64,000 bases of DNA, from positions 128,402,001 to 128,466,000 of the forward strand of contig NC_043000.1 in NCBI RefSeq assembly GCF_006345805.1, read 5' to 3'. This document shows positions 1 to 13,573 of this stretch, in pieces (the stretch's first letter is position 1; every line of letters starts with the position of its first letter). The stretch is from Octopus sinensis (Eukaryota). A program made the translations under genes and the position numbers. Under the pieces are notes generated by a model that saw only the letters and a list, made by a program, of their open reading frames with translations, had not been told where the DNA came from and did not search any database.

Positions 1-663
1 TCAAGGTCCCAGGTTGTGACAGGAGTGTTTCAACTGTCTCATATATATATGAGAAAAATGTGAAAAAGATGGAAGTCACCTTAAATACATGTCTGAGAAG
101 TAAAATGTGTCAAGAGTATAATTCTAAATGAATATATATGAAGAGTAATCTTTGATGTTGTCATTAGACCCAAAAAGACTAAGTCAGATTGAACCTGTTT
201 CATTGTTTTCAAAATAATTACTCCATTTCTTTGGTGAAGAGGCCCTTATCCTTTATAAATTTAGTTCCTATTTCTCTTGATGTGTGTGTGTTAGTGCATC
301 TGTATGGACATGTGCATCTAGGTCTATGTGTGTATAAGTTGAATGCCTATGGTAGATATACATTGAGATAACTGACCAATTATGGTTTGAGTTACATAGT
401 AATATAAACATGATTTTAAGGCACTGTACAGGGCCTCAGATGCATATTGCCAACAATAATAATAATAATAATAAAAAAATAACAAGGGGTGGGGTGTTGA
501 AAAAATAAGGGATTTAAAAACTCAAGAAAAAGAAAAAGTCGAAAAGATTAAAATAATAATAAAATGACCCAATAAGATTAAGTATGCAAGGTATCTAATT
601 ATTGTAATACATACTTATACATCTACTTATGTGTGTACAGGTGTGAGTGTGTGTGTGTGTATG

Positions 664-697
<34 letters not shown>

Positions 698-726
698 TAT
701 ACATCTACTTATGTGTACAGGTGTGA

Positions 727-767
<41 letters not shown>

Positions 768-1514
768 TATACATACATACATAACCTCCCCTAACCACAC
801 ACCCACACACACGTGTATGTGTGTGAAAAATGCTTTGTTCATAGCTGAGAGTGACATAAATGAGTCACCTAGTTCAATTGGCTCCAGGGATATGTGAAAC
901 CCAACATGTCATAAGAGGAAAGTAACCTGAGAGATGAGATTCAACAAAAACTTTTGACTTCAGGTCAAATATGTCACAAGGTCCCAGGAAAGCTTTATTA
1001 AACTGTCCTCACTACATTCACTATAGGTAAAGCCACACATACACAAACACACATATATCAATTTCAACAGGTTTAGCAAACATCACAAGTTTAATAGAGA
1101 GCTGACTAACAGCTATAGAATATGTTTCTTTGACAAGTTCCGACACTTCCTACTATTTGTCAAGTTCTTGATTTTGGGAGTTTTGATGCACCTTTGAATC
1201 TTTGACATTTTGTCAGTCAAAGCTGTGCCCTATTGTGACCCCCCAGACTCATAAACCTAATCAGCTTAACAAATCAGTTTCTGTGAATTTATCTAGCTGA
1301 ACTGTTGCCAACTACAAAGAATTATTTAAATTGTTTTGTCTGTCTTTAAACAACTCACATCATTAGGGAGTCTTGAAATGATGTCCTGTTGGAAACCATT
1401 CAGCATTTAATATTCCTTAAGAGCATAGTCATTGGTTGACAGGATTAGCCCCTCACATACAATGTCTTTTTCAAGAGTAGAAGATAAATAATTTTTTTTC
1501 ACTCAACTTACACA

Positions 1515-1852
1515 GATGTAGTATGGTTAAATAGTTAAAAAGTTAACTTTGCAACCACCAGGTCCTGGGTTTGATCCTACTGTAAGGCACTTTGGGAAAG
1601 TTATTTTCTAGAGCTTCAGGTTGATCCATACCATCTAAGTGAAATTGGGGAGACAAAAACTGTTTGAAAGGCTGTTGAATGGGTTATACCTGTAATTCAA
1701 AGCTACAACCATGACACATTGATTCTGCCTGAGAATTATCTTAAGGGCGTGTATGTCAGAGGAATACTCAACCTCTTACATGTTGATACAATGAACAGGA
1801 AATTCAGTTGGTTGAACAACCAAATTTTCATCACCAAAACTGACGGAAAACC
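1515..1852 (+). mobile_element. Old tRNA-derived SINE (tRNA/CORE-like head, tail shared with the 61.7 kb element)
   Basis: Degenerate A/B boxes (gggtttgatccta) and a cactttgggaaagt CORE-like block. The 3' part (gagaattatcttaagggcgtgtatgtc...ggaatactcaacc) is a decayed reverse complement of part of 61703-62014. Confidence 0.5.
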
Positions 1853-2629
1853 ACTCATCTAACAATCTAAACATGAATGAAGGAATAAACTGGTTCTAAT
1901 ACAGTAGTATTATTTTTATGTGTGGCTTTATTTGAAATAGTATGCAAATTGCTGTACCAAGCTTGCATGAAGTATAGTCCTCATTGCTCCAAGTTCTATC
2001 CAGAAGTTTCAAATCTGAAAGTCAATTCAAACAGAAGCCATTCCAGCACTAAAACTCAAATTATAACATTGAACTTCTAATGGAACAACTATGACAGTGG
2101 CAGCAACAACAACAGTAGCAGAGTAACCTGGCTAATTGGCATAACGAGTCAATTACCACATGTACTAAGCACTCTTTTCTACAAAAAAATTTAACCAACA
2201 CAAGACATAGGGCATATGATTAACAAGTCTGATTTGCCATCTCGGGCAAGTATCTTTTACTGTGTCTATGTGTGTTTAAGTTTTGGAGTGTTGTGTTTTA
2301 CTGATTTGATAAATATCATCATCATCATCATTTAGTGTCTGCTTTCTATGCTGGTATGGGTTAGATGGTTTGACTGAAACCAGTAAGCTGGAGAGCTGCA
2401 CCAGGTTCTAGTTTTATTTTGGCTTGGTTTCTATGGCTGGATGCTCTTCTTAATGCCAACCATTCCAAGAGTGTAAACAAAGATCAACAACATAAGCATC
2501 AGACTGAAATATATACTAGGGGTTCAAAATAATCAATTAAAATCCTTGGAGGTTGTGCCCCAGCGTAACTGATGTTGAATTGTTGAAGCAAGCAAAAAAT
2601 GCAGTAACACTAATTTACAAAATGTACAA

Positions 2630-2657
2630 GTGTACATACATACACACATATTATATA

Positions 2658-2700
<43 letters not shown>

Positions 2701-2726
2701 CAATTATATATATTATATATACACAC

Positions 2727-2759
<33 letters not shown>

Positions 2760-2790
2760 ATACACACACATACAATTATATATATATATA
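2630..2790. repeat. (TA)n-rich microsatellite with interspersed acatacaatta units, interrupted by the Tc1 insertion
   Basis: The same acatacaatta/TA pattern resumes at 4398-4447 on the other side of the transposon. Confidence 0.85.
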
Positions 2791-4397
2791 CAGTGGCGGC
2801 CAAAATGTTCAGAACAGCATTGTTTTCGTCAGAAAAGTAGATATAATTTTTTATCAAAGTTGTTTTATATTCTATAATTTTCACAGACAATAAATACGAT
2901 ATTATTTGTTATTGCCTGAAATTTTGGTGTAATTTGAGAGGATAATACAAAAGTTATGGATGATTTAGTGATTTACTGCAAAACCCATGGCGGCCAAAAT
3001 GATCAGAACGGTTGCTTTTACTCCGTGTTTTAGTATATTTAACCGGCGAACTCTAATGTTTTGAATTTGTTTACGTGACGGTTCGTTTACTAAACATTAG
3101 TAAGAATATTTGCAGTGTACTCCGTTACCAATTCATCAGCAGATTATTAAGCTTTGAAGGAAGGATAATTTAAGTATTGGATCTATTGCAAAGATTGTTA
3201 ACAAGTCAAAAAGTGCTGTACACAGTATTCTTAAGGTCTACGATGATTGTGGTTCATGTGAAGCAAGAAAGTTTACAGGTAGGCCAAGAAAAACGACCAA
3301 GAGAGAAGATCGTGCTATGGTAAAGTTGGTTTAAAAGGACAGATTTAAAACTGCTGCTGCTGTTTCTCGGAAAATGAGCATTGTATTGAAGAAAACTTTA
3401 TCTCGAAAAACTGTGTCTCGTCGTTTAGTTGAACATGACCTACAAGCAAGAGCACCTGCAGTTGAAGCCACTGATCAGCTCCAAGAATAAAAAGTGTCGT
3501 CCTACCTTTGCAACCAAACATGTGTTGTGGTCTCAAGAAAAATGGCAAACGGTGTATTTCAGTGATGAATCTAAGTTTATGTTATTTGGCTCAGATGGGA
3601 AAAGGTACGTTCGTAGAAAAGTAGGTGAAAAATTGTCGCCTAAATGCCTTAAGACTAGTGTTAAATTCGGTGGAGGAAGTGTCATGGTTTGGGGAATGAT
3701 ATCTGGAGATGGTGTGGGCCCTTTGGTGCGATTACATGGAAAGGTAAATGCAGGAGTTTATAAACAACTTGTAAAAGACTATGTCTTGCCTGTGCTGAGA
3801 AATTCAACTAAGCGACCACCCATATTCATGCAGGACAATGCCCCATGTCACAAGGCTAAGGTGGTCATGAACTTCCTTAAGGCTGAAAAGGTTATTGTTA
3901 TGGATTGGCCAGCTCAAAGCCCAGATCACAATCCTATTGAAAATGTATGGAATATTCTAGGAGAACGTTCGAAAGCCAGAAATCCTAAAACAACTGAGCA
4001 ATTATGGAATGCCCTTCAGGAAGAATGGAATAAGATCAACCAGCAAGAAATTGAAAATTTAATTTCCTCATGCAGTCAAAGATGTCAGAGTGTGATTGAA
4101 GCTAAAGGGCTTCACACTAAATATTAAATAATTCCAGTATTCTCTGTCATTTTTTATTATTTTGTTATTTTTTCAACCGTTCGGATCATTTTGGCCGCCA
4201 TGTATTTTGCAGTAAATCACTAAATCATCCATAACTTTTGTATTATCCTCTCAAATTACACCAAAATCTCAGACAATGACAATGAATATTGTATTTATTG
4301 TCTATGAAAATTATAGAATATAAAACTACTTTGATAAAAACCTATACTTAATTTTCTGACGAAAACAATGCCGTTCTGAACATTTTGGCCGCCACTG
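2791..4397 (+). mobile_element. Full-length Tc1-family DNA transposon of IR/DR type (1607 bp), inactivated
   Basis: TA|CAGTGGCGGCCAAAATGTTCAGAAC ... GTTCTGAACATTTTGGCCGCCACTG|TA. TIRs of ~224 bp (2791-3014 and 4174-4397) each carry outer and inner direct repeats (tggcggccaaaatg[a/t]tcagaac). TA target duplication and an internal transposase are present. Confidence 0.97.
3110..4127 (+). pseudogene. Tc1 DD34E transposase pseudogene
   Basis: ORF 3429-4127 contains YFSDESKF, GGGSVMVWG, FMQDNAPCH and WPAQSPDHNPIENVW, with 34 residues between the second D and E. The upstream frame from ~3110 gives an HTH-like region and a GRPRKT AT-hook, but has stops at 3155-3157 (TGA) and 3332-3334 (TAA) and a frameshift near 3463. 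No start codon was identified. Confidence 0.93.
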
Positions 4398-5431
4398 TAT
4401 ATATATACACATACAATTATGTATACATACAATTATATATATATATACCCATACAACAAACACAATACAATGGCCTTAAACTTTTAATCTATACATTAAC
4501 TGTGCTTGTCTTATATCTCTCTCTTTCTCTCTCTCTAACCATCTCACTGATCCTTCTAAAAGACCACCATAAGCCATAGGCAATTTCTTCCTCTTTCAAC
4601 AAAGCAATAAATATATAAATTAATATATAAATAAGTAAAGAAACAATCAAATAAATATAACCCCTTAAGGAATCTGAAATTATTGCTTGGGACAATATAA
4701 AAACACCAGATTAACCTGGAATACATTCTTTTAGAGGTCATGCATGTCATGACTCATGATAAAGAAACACATTTATTCTATAATGCTATTGTTTCCCAGT
4801 TTGTTTTTATGAGTTTTAAGGTGCTAAGGGGCCATATTATGTAACACATATTCAGGAGAAATTGTGGCTAAATTTTTACATCTTGTATTTAGTCAATTCA
4901 AGGTGTGTGATGCTGAATTCCAGGCTTAGTGTTTTTGTCATTGTCACAAATATTCAGAAATGTTGCTATGGGCTTACACAGCTGATTACATTCCCTACTA
5001 AAAAATTAATAAAGAAAAGAAAGAAGATAGGAAATCAAACCTTTGAAACAATAAACATGTTTTTCTTTTCTGTTAATTTGACTGTGGTCATGCTGGGGCA
5101 CTCACTACTTGGCAATGGCTTTGTCAATTACATTGACTCCAGTACATAAACTGATTTTTATTATTCTTTTTGAATTAGACCCGTTATTAAAGAATTGCTT
5201 CCTTTTTAGTGATGTAAATACTTCAAGGTAGTTCACAGATATTTATACATACAAATACATGCCTGACCATTGTGCTGTCTATGTTCATAGAACTAGGGGA
5301 AATATTGATCTGCTTGGAAACAGATGAGGGTTAGCAACGGGAAGAGCATCAGGCTGTACAAAACCTGCCTCAAAGAATTTCATCAGACTCATTCAAGCGT
5401 GGATAGGTGGTCATTAAAATTACTTAAAAAT

Positions 5432-5664
5432 AAGGTGGTGAGCTGGCAGAAACGTTAGCACACCGGGCGAAATGCTTAGTGGTATTTCGTCTGTCGCTAC
5501 GTTCTAGGTTCAAATTCCACTGAGGTTGATTTTGCCTTTCATCCTTTCGGGGTTGATTAAATAAGTATCAGTTACACACTGGCGTCGATGTAATCGACTT
5601 AATCCCTTAGTCTGTCCTTGCTTGTCCCCTCTATGTTTAGATCCTTGTGGGCAATAAAGAAATA
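5432..5664 (+). mobile_element. tRNA-derived SINE, family B (aaggyggtgagctggcaga head; gcctttcatcctttcgggg central block)
   Basis: Flanked by a 19-bp TSD attaaaattacttaaaaat (5413-5431 and 5665-5683). Closely similar to 40701-40926. Confidence 0.9.
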
Positions 5665-6477
5665 ATTAAAATTACTTAAAAATTCATAATAATAATATTA
5701 ATGGTTTCAAATTTCAGTACAAAGCCAGAAATTTCAGGGGAGTTGGTAAGCCGATTGCATTAATCCCAGTACTCCATTGGCCTTGAAAGGATGAAAGGCA
5801 AAGTTAACCTGAGTGGAATTGAACTCACAACATAAAGATGGATGAAATGCCACTAGACATTTTTCCTAGCATGCTAACAACAACAACAATGATAGAGATC
5901 CAAAGGGAAAAGACTAGTAGAAGAGGAAGAAAAAAGAGGACATAAACCATATATAGGAGATGACAAAAGACAGCAACTAATGGAGGGACACTGCACTGGG
6001 GACATCCTCCAATCTATACAAACATAAGAAAATGGGCTTCAAATGATGATGATGATGATGATGATGATGATATGTGTATGTATGTATTGAGAGAGAGAGA
6101 AAGGATTTGGAGAAAAGGCTAGGGATACAAGAGAGGACAGGAGGATAAACAATACAAAGAATCAATGGTCTTCCCAGAGCTGTAGGGGTTCATAAAGTCA
6201 GTTATCTGGATTTTCTGGCATATATATTCCTTCTCTGGACAGGACACCAGTCCTTTGCAGGATACCTTATTTTTGTCCGATGAGTGAACTGGACCAATGT
6301 GAAATGAACTGTTTTCCTCAAGAACACAACACTTCTAGTCCATGAATCAAAATCACAATCTTTACCATTGTGTGCACTGTGCATATATAGGCATACAGAA
6401 ATATATATAACAAGGGAATGAGAAAGACCATGGTGGTGCTCCAGCATGACCACAGCCACATGGGTGAAATAAGTAAT

Positions 6478-6567
6478 ATATATACATATATATATATATA
6501 TATAATATATATATATAATATATATATATATAGTAATGTGTGTATATGTGATACAGAGAGAGGAAGT

Positions 6568-6634
<67 letters not shown>

Positions 6635-6650
6635 CAGAGACAGACACACA
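6478..6650. repeat. (TA)n followed by (GA)n microsatellites
   Basis: Dinucleotide runs seen directly. They explain the YIYI, SLSL and ERER ORFs. Confidence 0.95.
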
Positions 6651-6988
6651 GACAGGCTGGAAGATTTTGTAGTTAATTATCTTCAGCCTGTAAATTTCAT
6701 TAGAATTTTTTTCTTCTCTTCATTTCCACATGTCCTTTGGGTTGACATTTGCAGCTAGACAAAAGTCATGTGACATCAAATGACATAGTTGCCAGAGAAG
6801 GACCAGGCATATAAAAGTAAATATAGCAACAGCTTATGTATGTGTATGCGTGTGTGTATGTGCACGCACATACACACACACACACACAATCTAGCAGGAG
6901 ACCGTAAACAGCTTTATTCATTATTAGGTATTCATTGTGTGTATCATATGTATTCAACTACAGATGTGTGTGTGTGTGTGTGTTTATG

Positions 6989-7065
<77 letters not shown>

Positions 7066-7410
7066 CATATATATATGGAGAGATAGATACATTACATATC
7101 CGTTTTCACTACACAGACTAGTTACCATGAAGGAGATTGACCCTACAGGAGGTCTCTGGTAACTCCAACAGTTGACCTGATCAGACCAAGGAAGCCATGG
7201 TTGGTCAATTTGTTGATACTACTTGCTAGTCACAACTTCTAACTGACAGAAGTGTCACCATTTTTCAATGATGGATCAAAATTTTAAATCAGGTTGTATA
7301 TGAGCTAGAACAGATTCTATGAAGCATCTCATCCAGCATTCCGACAAGTCCACTAATCCACAGGCTAGAATTGGAGCCTTCATTTATTGACAGGTGTGGC
7401 TGTGTATATA

Positions 7411-7793
7411 GGTGCAGGCATGGCTGTGTGTAAGAAGCTTGCTTCCCAACCACATGGTTCTGACTTCAGGTCCCACTGTGTGGAACCTTGGGCAAGTGTC
7501 TTCTACAATAGCCTTGAGCTGTCCAAAGCCTTGAGTGGATTCGGTAGATGGAAACTGAAAGAAACCTCTGCTATATATATGTTTGTGTGTCTGTGTTTGT
7601 TCCCCCCACCATCGCTTGACAACCAATGTTGGTATGTTTATGTCTATGTAACTTAGCAGTTTGGCAAAAGAGACCAATAGAATAAGTACTAAGCTTACAA
7701 ATAATAAGTCCTGGGGTTGATTTGTTTGACAAAAAGTGGTGCTCCAGCATGGCCACAGTCAAATGACTGAAACAAGGAAAAGAATAAAAGAAT
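7411..7793 (+). mobile_element. tRNA-derived CORE-type SINE, family A
   Basis: Head ggtgcaggcatggctgtgtg, CORE-like ccttgggcaagtgtc, and tail gctccagcatggccacagtcaaatgactgaaacaag followed by aaagaat repeats. Homologous to copies at 9.2, 13.6, 23.2, 51.0 and 54.2 kb. Confidence 0.88.
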
Positions 7794-9230
7794 ATGAAAA
7801 AAAGAAAGAGAACTTCTTTGTGATTTGAACTTAGAGTGCAGAGTGGGAACAAATACTGCAAAGCATCCTTCTATCCAACACAGTAACCACTTAGCCAATT
7901 TATCACCTTTTCTATCCATGAGAGACTCCTTAAATGACATATTGAGAACCAAACAAAGCATGGCATACCATTTTACAAGTGAGGCAAGAAGTCACATTGT
8001 TCTTTTCAATATAACTGTCTTCTTGACTGTGTTAGTGGACATAAAATACAACAACAATACAGTGAACATAACATACAATAATATAACATTCATAACCAAC
8101 AATCTGCTGTTTACAACTATTTAGTGAAATAGTTTCTTCAGCTATTTTGAGAGCTCTTTTGAAAGAAACCTATAGAAAACCTACCTGCGTGAACAGGTAA
8201 TCAAAACCAGGCTGTAAGCTTCCATTCAGCAGGAACTTACTATCATACAATGCCACATTTAAATAGTAGTTGTTTTCTGATGCACAAGGCAATTATTTGT
8301 GATGTAAAATGGGTAAAGATAGATCAATTTGATTGATCTATTGATTCTAGCACATCACAGGTACTGATTTCATTTCAGGCTGGGAGAAACTGACTTGATC
8401 TTGATATATTGGGGTATTTACTATGCGAAATGACAAAGAAGCTGTATATAATATAACCAATGTCTGCTAATTGCTAGTCTGAAGCCGCATAGAATATTCC
8501 ATTTCTCATTATTCCCTGTCTAGTATATGCTTATCTACATACCATTGAATATGCATATGAATATTGAATAAGTATGATGAAGTATGCCTATCTGCATGGA
8601 ATAGTTTTATTCTCTTACTTGATTCCATCACTGGACTGTGATCATGGGGTATTGCATAGAAGGGTTTAGTTGATTGGATCAAGCACAGTACTTTATATTT
8701 TGAACACTGGTACTTATTCTATTAGTCTCTTTTTGCCAAACTGCTGAGTTACAGGGTTGTAAACAAACTAGCACCAGTTCTCAAGCAGTGAGAGACAAGT
8801 ATAAAGCAACACACATACACAATGGTCTTCTACACAATTTCCATCCATCAAACCCACTTACAAGGCCTGATCAGACTGTGCCATGCAGTAGGACTGAATT
8901 CTTAACCAAACGGTGGCAAAGCAGATTTCTTAATGATACTACTCACAATGCTTATTTTAAACTTTAATAAATATTCTCTCCCCTTCTCTCAAGAAGGGGT
9001 TTTGATTGAGACATCATGGTTTCTATCTTCCCACAGTACATGAACGTATCTAAATTTCTTGCTCATTTTCTGAGCTCAAATCTGGCAGAGGTCAACTTCA
9101 CAGTTCATCCTTCTGATTTCAGTAAAATAAAGTACCGGTTAAGAGCTTGATGTTCTGCAGTTCCAAATTTGAGAGGATTGAGTGAGTTTCTGTGTCCATC
9201 TGTGACTACTACTGAAAACACACTACATTA

Positions 9231-9623
9231 ACTCTTTTACTCTTTTACTTGTTTCAGTCATTTGACTGCGGCCATGCTGGAGCACCGCCTTTAATCGAGC
9301 AACTCGACCCAGGGACTTATTCTTTGTAAGCCCAGTACTTATTCTATCGGTCTCTTTTGCTGAACCGCTAAGTGACGGAGACATAAACACACTAGCATCG
9401 GTTGTCAAGCAATGCTAGGGGGACACGCACACACACACACATATATATATACATATATATGATAGGCTTCTTTTAGTTTCTGTCTACCAAATCCACTCAC
9501 AAGGCTTTGGTCGGCCCGAGGCTATAGTAGAAGACACTTGCCCAAGGTGCCACGCAGTGGGACTGAACCCGGAACCATGTGGTTGGTAAGCAAGCTACTT
9601 ACCACACAGCCACTCCTGCGCCT
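9231..9623 (-). mobile_element. tRNA-derived CORE-type SINE, family A (young, CpG-retaining copy)
   Basis: The reverse complement reads ggcgcaggagTGGCTGTGTGGtaag (A box)...GGTTCAGTCCC (B box)...accttgggcaagtgtc...tail (taaaagag)n. Confidence 0.92.
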
Positions 9624-9691
9624 ATACTGCTCATATTAAAAAAAATATGTAGTCATGTTTGATTGCAAGTCATAGTTTTATATATATATTT

Positions 9692-9890
9692 TCTTTTATT
9701 TGTTTCAGTCATTTGACTGCGGCCATGCTGGAGCACTGCCTTTAGTCGAACAGACTGATTAGAGGACTTATTCTTTGTAAGCCTAGTACTTATTCTATCG
9801 GTCTCTTTTGCTGAACCACTAAGTTACAGGGACATAAACACACCAATATTGGTTGTCAAGCGATGATGGGGGTCAAACACAGACACACAA
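9692..9890 (-). mobile_element. 5'-truncated family A SINE (3' half)
   Basis: The block tgtttcagtcatttgactgcggccatgctggagcac matches the 9231 copy, but the head is absent. Confidence 0.85.
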
Positions 9891-10487
9891 ATACAGTCAT
9901 TTAACTGTGGCCATATATATATATATATATACATATACATTTTTTTTTTATATACAGGTAAAAAAGATGAAATCATATGGCAGTGGTGTTTGGTATTGCC
10001 AAAAAATTATACAGTGAAATTTGTACAATGTCTCTGTATACTGAACTTATACAGAAACTGTTGTGGCAGAAAAGAGAGAGAGAGAGAGAGAGAATTTATT
10101 CCCCTCTCTCAAAGTGTCAATCCATAAAAACTCAGGAACTTCTTCACTCACTTGCATGTGCACACACACATCGTTTTTAGCCTTCAAAATTGTATTCTAA
10201 GTATAAAGCTGAAGTTTCCTGAAGTTTCTTGAGACTTCCACACATGTACTGTTTAATCAAAGTACCATATGTTCAAACCAAAAAAAGTATACATATAAAT
10301 AAATAAAGTAAAAAAATAAAAGAAAAGAAACCTAAAAAACCCTCACCAAAACAACAAAATTAAAATAAAATACCACAAGTTCAGTTCAATTAGACTAGCA
10401 GAAGTTTTTTGTTCCATGTAATCAATTTGGTAGCAGAGAAACCAACTTCCTGTTCCCTTTGCAATGAAGGTCACTTGAAGTAAGCCA

Positions 10488-10530
10488 GAGATAGATAGAT
10501 AGACTGAGAGAGAGAGAGAGAGAGAGAGAT

Positions 10531-10600
<70 letters not shown>
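10488..10600. repeat. (GATA)n/(GA)n microsatellite
   Basis: Direct observation. Confidence 0.95.
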
Positions 10601-10603
<3 letters not shown>

Positions 10604-13573
10604 AGAACATCTAGTGGCAGTTATGATGGTGATGATAGTATTTTTGGTAGTGAGGGTGTTCATGCTGCTGCTACTGATAATGATAGGTGGTGATGGGGGG
10701 TAGTGTTAGCTGTAGTAGTGGTGAAGATGGGAGAGTGTTCCTGTTGCTATTATCTGCCAAGTTTGTGTTTGTGTGTGTGTGCTTCAATACTTCAAGTTGT
10801 CTCTCTCTCTCTCTGTCTATCCCCCCCCCCGCCATCTCCATGCAACTTCCCTCTCCAACATGGCAATTAATCAGATCCTTCCTCAGAGACTTCATCATCA
10901 CCTTTGTCCACCCACACAGCCCATCTGGCTGCCAGCTTCCTCCAACCAACAGCTGTGAGCTCCATCTTCTTCCTTTCACCCACTCCACCACCTTTCTACC
11001 ACCCAATCACCCCTCCTCCTCCTCCTCACTGCTAACTACTATCCCTATCCCCACCACCACCACCACCCATTCTGAAAGATGGAGAGTCCATAACTCCCCC
11101 TCCTCTCACCATCCTCAAAATTTAGATGTGGTCTTACACCCCCACACCTCTTTCTCCCCCTGCTTCCATGTATGTTTTACCATTGCTTCTCCCCGTCCTC
11201 TCTTTCTGACTGACCTCCTCCCACTCTCTCTCTTCCTCTCCTCCCCCCAACTCTCCCATCTACCCAGACTTGCCTTTCTCAATCTAAATATTAAGAAAAT
11301 GTCTAACAGAATCTTCTACCCTCTCCCTTCTTTCTTCTTTAAACAAATACTTCCACATTCACTTGTGCCATAGAGATTGCCTATTCTCTTATTACTCTTC
11401 TACTGAGGCCATGCTGGGGCACTGCCTTCAATAGTGTCAGTCAGCACTCCTATCACATCACTACCTATCATCCACTCAAATCTACTGTTAACTTAATCTG
11501 GTACTTGATTTATTTTGCTTTTGATTTAAGGTGCAAGGCCAGTGAGGGGAAGGGACAAGTCAATACCATTGACCAGTATTTGATGGTACTAGATTTTATT
11601 GACCCTTGAAAGGATGACAGGCAAAGATCACATGGTGGAATTGAAACTCAGAATGTAAAGAGCTGAAAGAAATACCATAAAACATTTTTTTCTAATGTTC
11701 TAAAGGTTCTGACAGTCTTCCACCTTCACCAAATGGCTAAGTTAACTATGAGTTACATTTCTTTTTAAGAGTTAACTCCCTTTGTTTTTAGTGCTCACCA
11801 AATGGTATGTAGACTGATCTATATTGATACACAAACAAACCTATACACTCAATGCCAGGGATAGTAGTAGGGTTTCCTAAATAAATGCTTGCCAATATTT
11901 AGTTGTACTCTTTTGTGTTCTTGGATCAAATCCTACAGCAATCAACTTTGCCTCCCCTTGTTCCAAGATGGGTTGATTGAATGCTGGGATTGATTCAAAC
12001 AACTGTAACCTCATCCACCTTGCCCAAAAATTGGCAGTTGGCTAGGTGCCAACGTAAACTATTTAATCCTAACCCTGTTTCTATCTGTTTGTCTGTCTGT
12101 CTGTGTGTCTCTCTCTCTCACACACACAACGCAGAACATTATCACATCAAGTCTCAAATACACATAATACTGAGCTAATAAAGTTTTATGAGCAAATGAG
12201 TGGAGCCTCTACACCAGCAGCTCATCTGCCTAGAAATAATAGTAACCAGTCCAAATCTACTAGAAATAATACCTACCATCTTTAAAAAGAGGGAAGTACT
12301 TGTACTCAGTATGTTTTTATCTCTTTCTGCTAGCTCTTAAAAGAGTAAGTTTTGAGATAAACTGTAAAAACATCAGACTAGACACCTTGCTGTAGTTACT
12401 CTGGCACTTTGCATCTAAGTTCAAATCATGCCAAGACCTACTTGGGTAACAGATTTAATATGTCACCTGGTTTAACAATCCTGCTTGGTACCTTGAGTAT
12501 CCTTAATAGAGTCTATTCTGTTACTGGTATTTAGGTTAGTCTCTTTCTCTCAACACTGTTGGGGGTCCTAAAAAGGGAATATGGGTCTGTCCCTCTTGCT
12601 CTGATGAAACCTGTGCCTAAAGCCAGCTGGAGACGATGATCTCCTGGGGCTAAAAGCTACAGTAACACCCACCCTTAGTGGTTAGCCATATTGAGATGGC
12701 TAGTATACTTTACAAAGTATTATTTGTTTTATGGTATTTCGTAGGGGCAGGACCACACTAATCCAATTTCAGGTGCTTGAAGGATCAGTTTTATCTACCT
12801 ATCTATCCTTCAAACTACAGGGATTAATAACTAAAATTGTTGCTAATATATCAATTTCTAATGAAGGCACAAAAATCACAAATTTTAGTAGATGGATCGC
12901 ATTAATTAAATCAATATCAGCATTTGATTACTATTCAAATGACTAAATTAATCATTCCTCTCAAACCTGGAGTCAAAGTTAATCAGAGCAAGATTTGAAT
13001 TCCGTATGTGAAACAATGCAATTAAATACCATAAAGCGCTTTTGTCTGTTACTCTACCGATGCAGCCATCTGCTATTCTTTTGTCAGGAGACATATTGGG
13101 ATATAGAAACTATGAAATGTGAAATATCCAGACTTGTTCAAAACCCACCAGAGGTGTAGTGTTGTAGCTCTAGAATAGACACTTTATTTCTCATACCATG
13201 TTCTTACCAAGATGTTAGATACAGATACCAGATTTCTTCAGGCTCCTATTTTGAAATAAGTGTTATATGAGTTAACTCCTGTGTGCTAAAATATACAAAA
13301 GTAGAACTAAGAAGTCATCTTAAGAGACCTCTGGGAGAATGTTGAAACTCACCCTCAACAGACATGAAATGGAATACTGATCAAGATGATAGATTATCAA
13401 TTCAAGGGTTGTAAAATCATATCCTACCAATAGTAATTTCAGAATATAGCATTGTACTCTTGAGTAGGGATTGGATAGACCCAAAACTGCTGTTTCAATT
13501 GCAGAACCAATATCCAAATGAAAATAAACAATAGCATACTGAATTATAAAACTAAGAACTTCATATATATATA

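Noticed and set aside
617-775. Short tandem duplication (atacatctacttatgtgt...caggtgtgagtgtg)
   Set aside because: Ordinary microsatellite-associated slippage duplication.
2553-2893. ORFs rich in YIYI, HTHT, ERER and SLSL here and throughout the window
   Set aside because: These are translations of (TA)n, (CA)n and (GA)n microsatellites.
9555-9623. tRNA genes at A-box/B-box motifs
   Set aside because: Each is the head of a SINE continuing into CORE and tail sequence. No complete cloverleaf or terminator.
10687-11373. 228-aa ORF on the plus strand
   Set aside because: Low-complexity translation of a C/T-rich tract (S, P, L, H, T). No domain motif or splice support, and antisense to SPRED.
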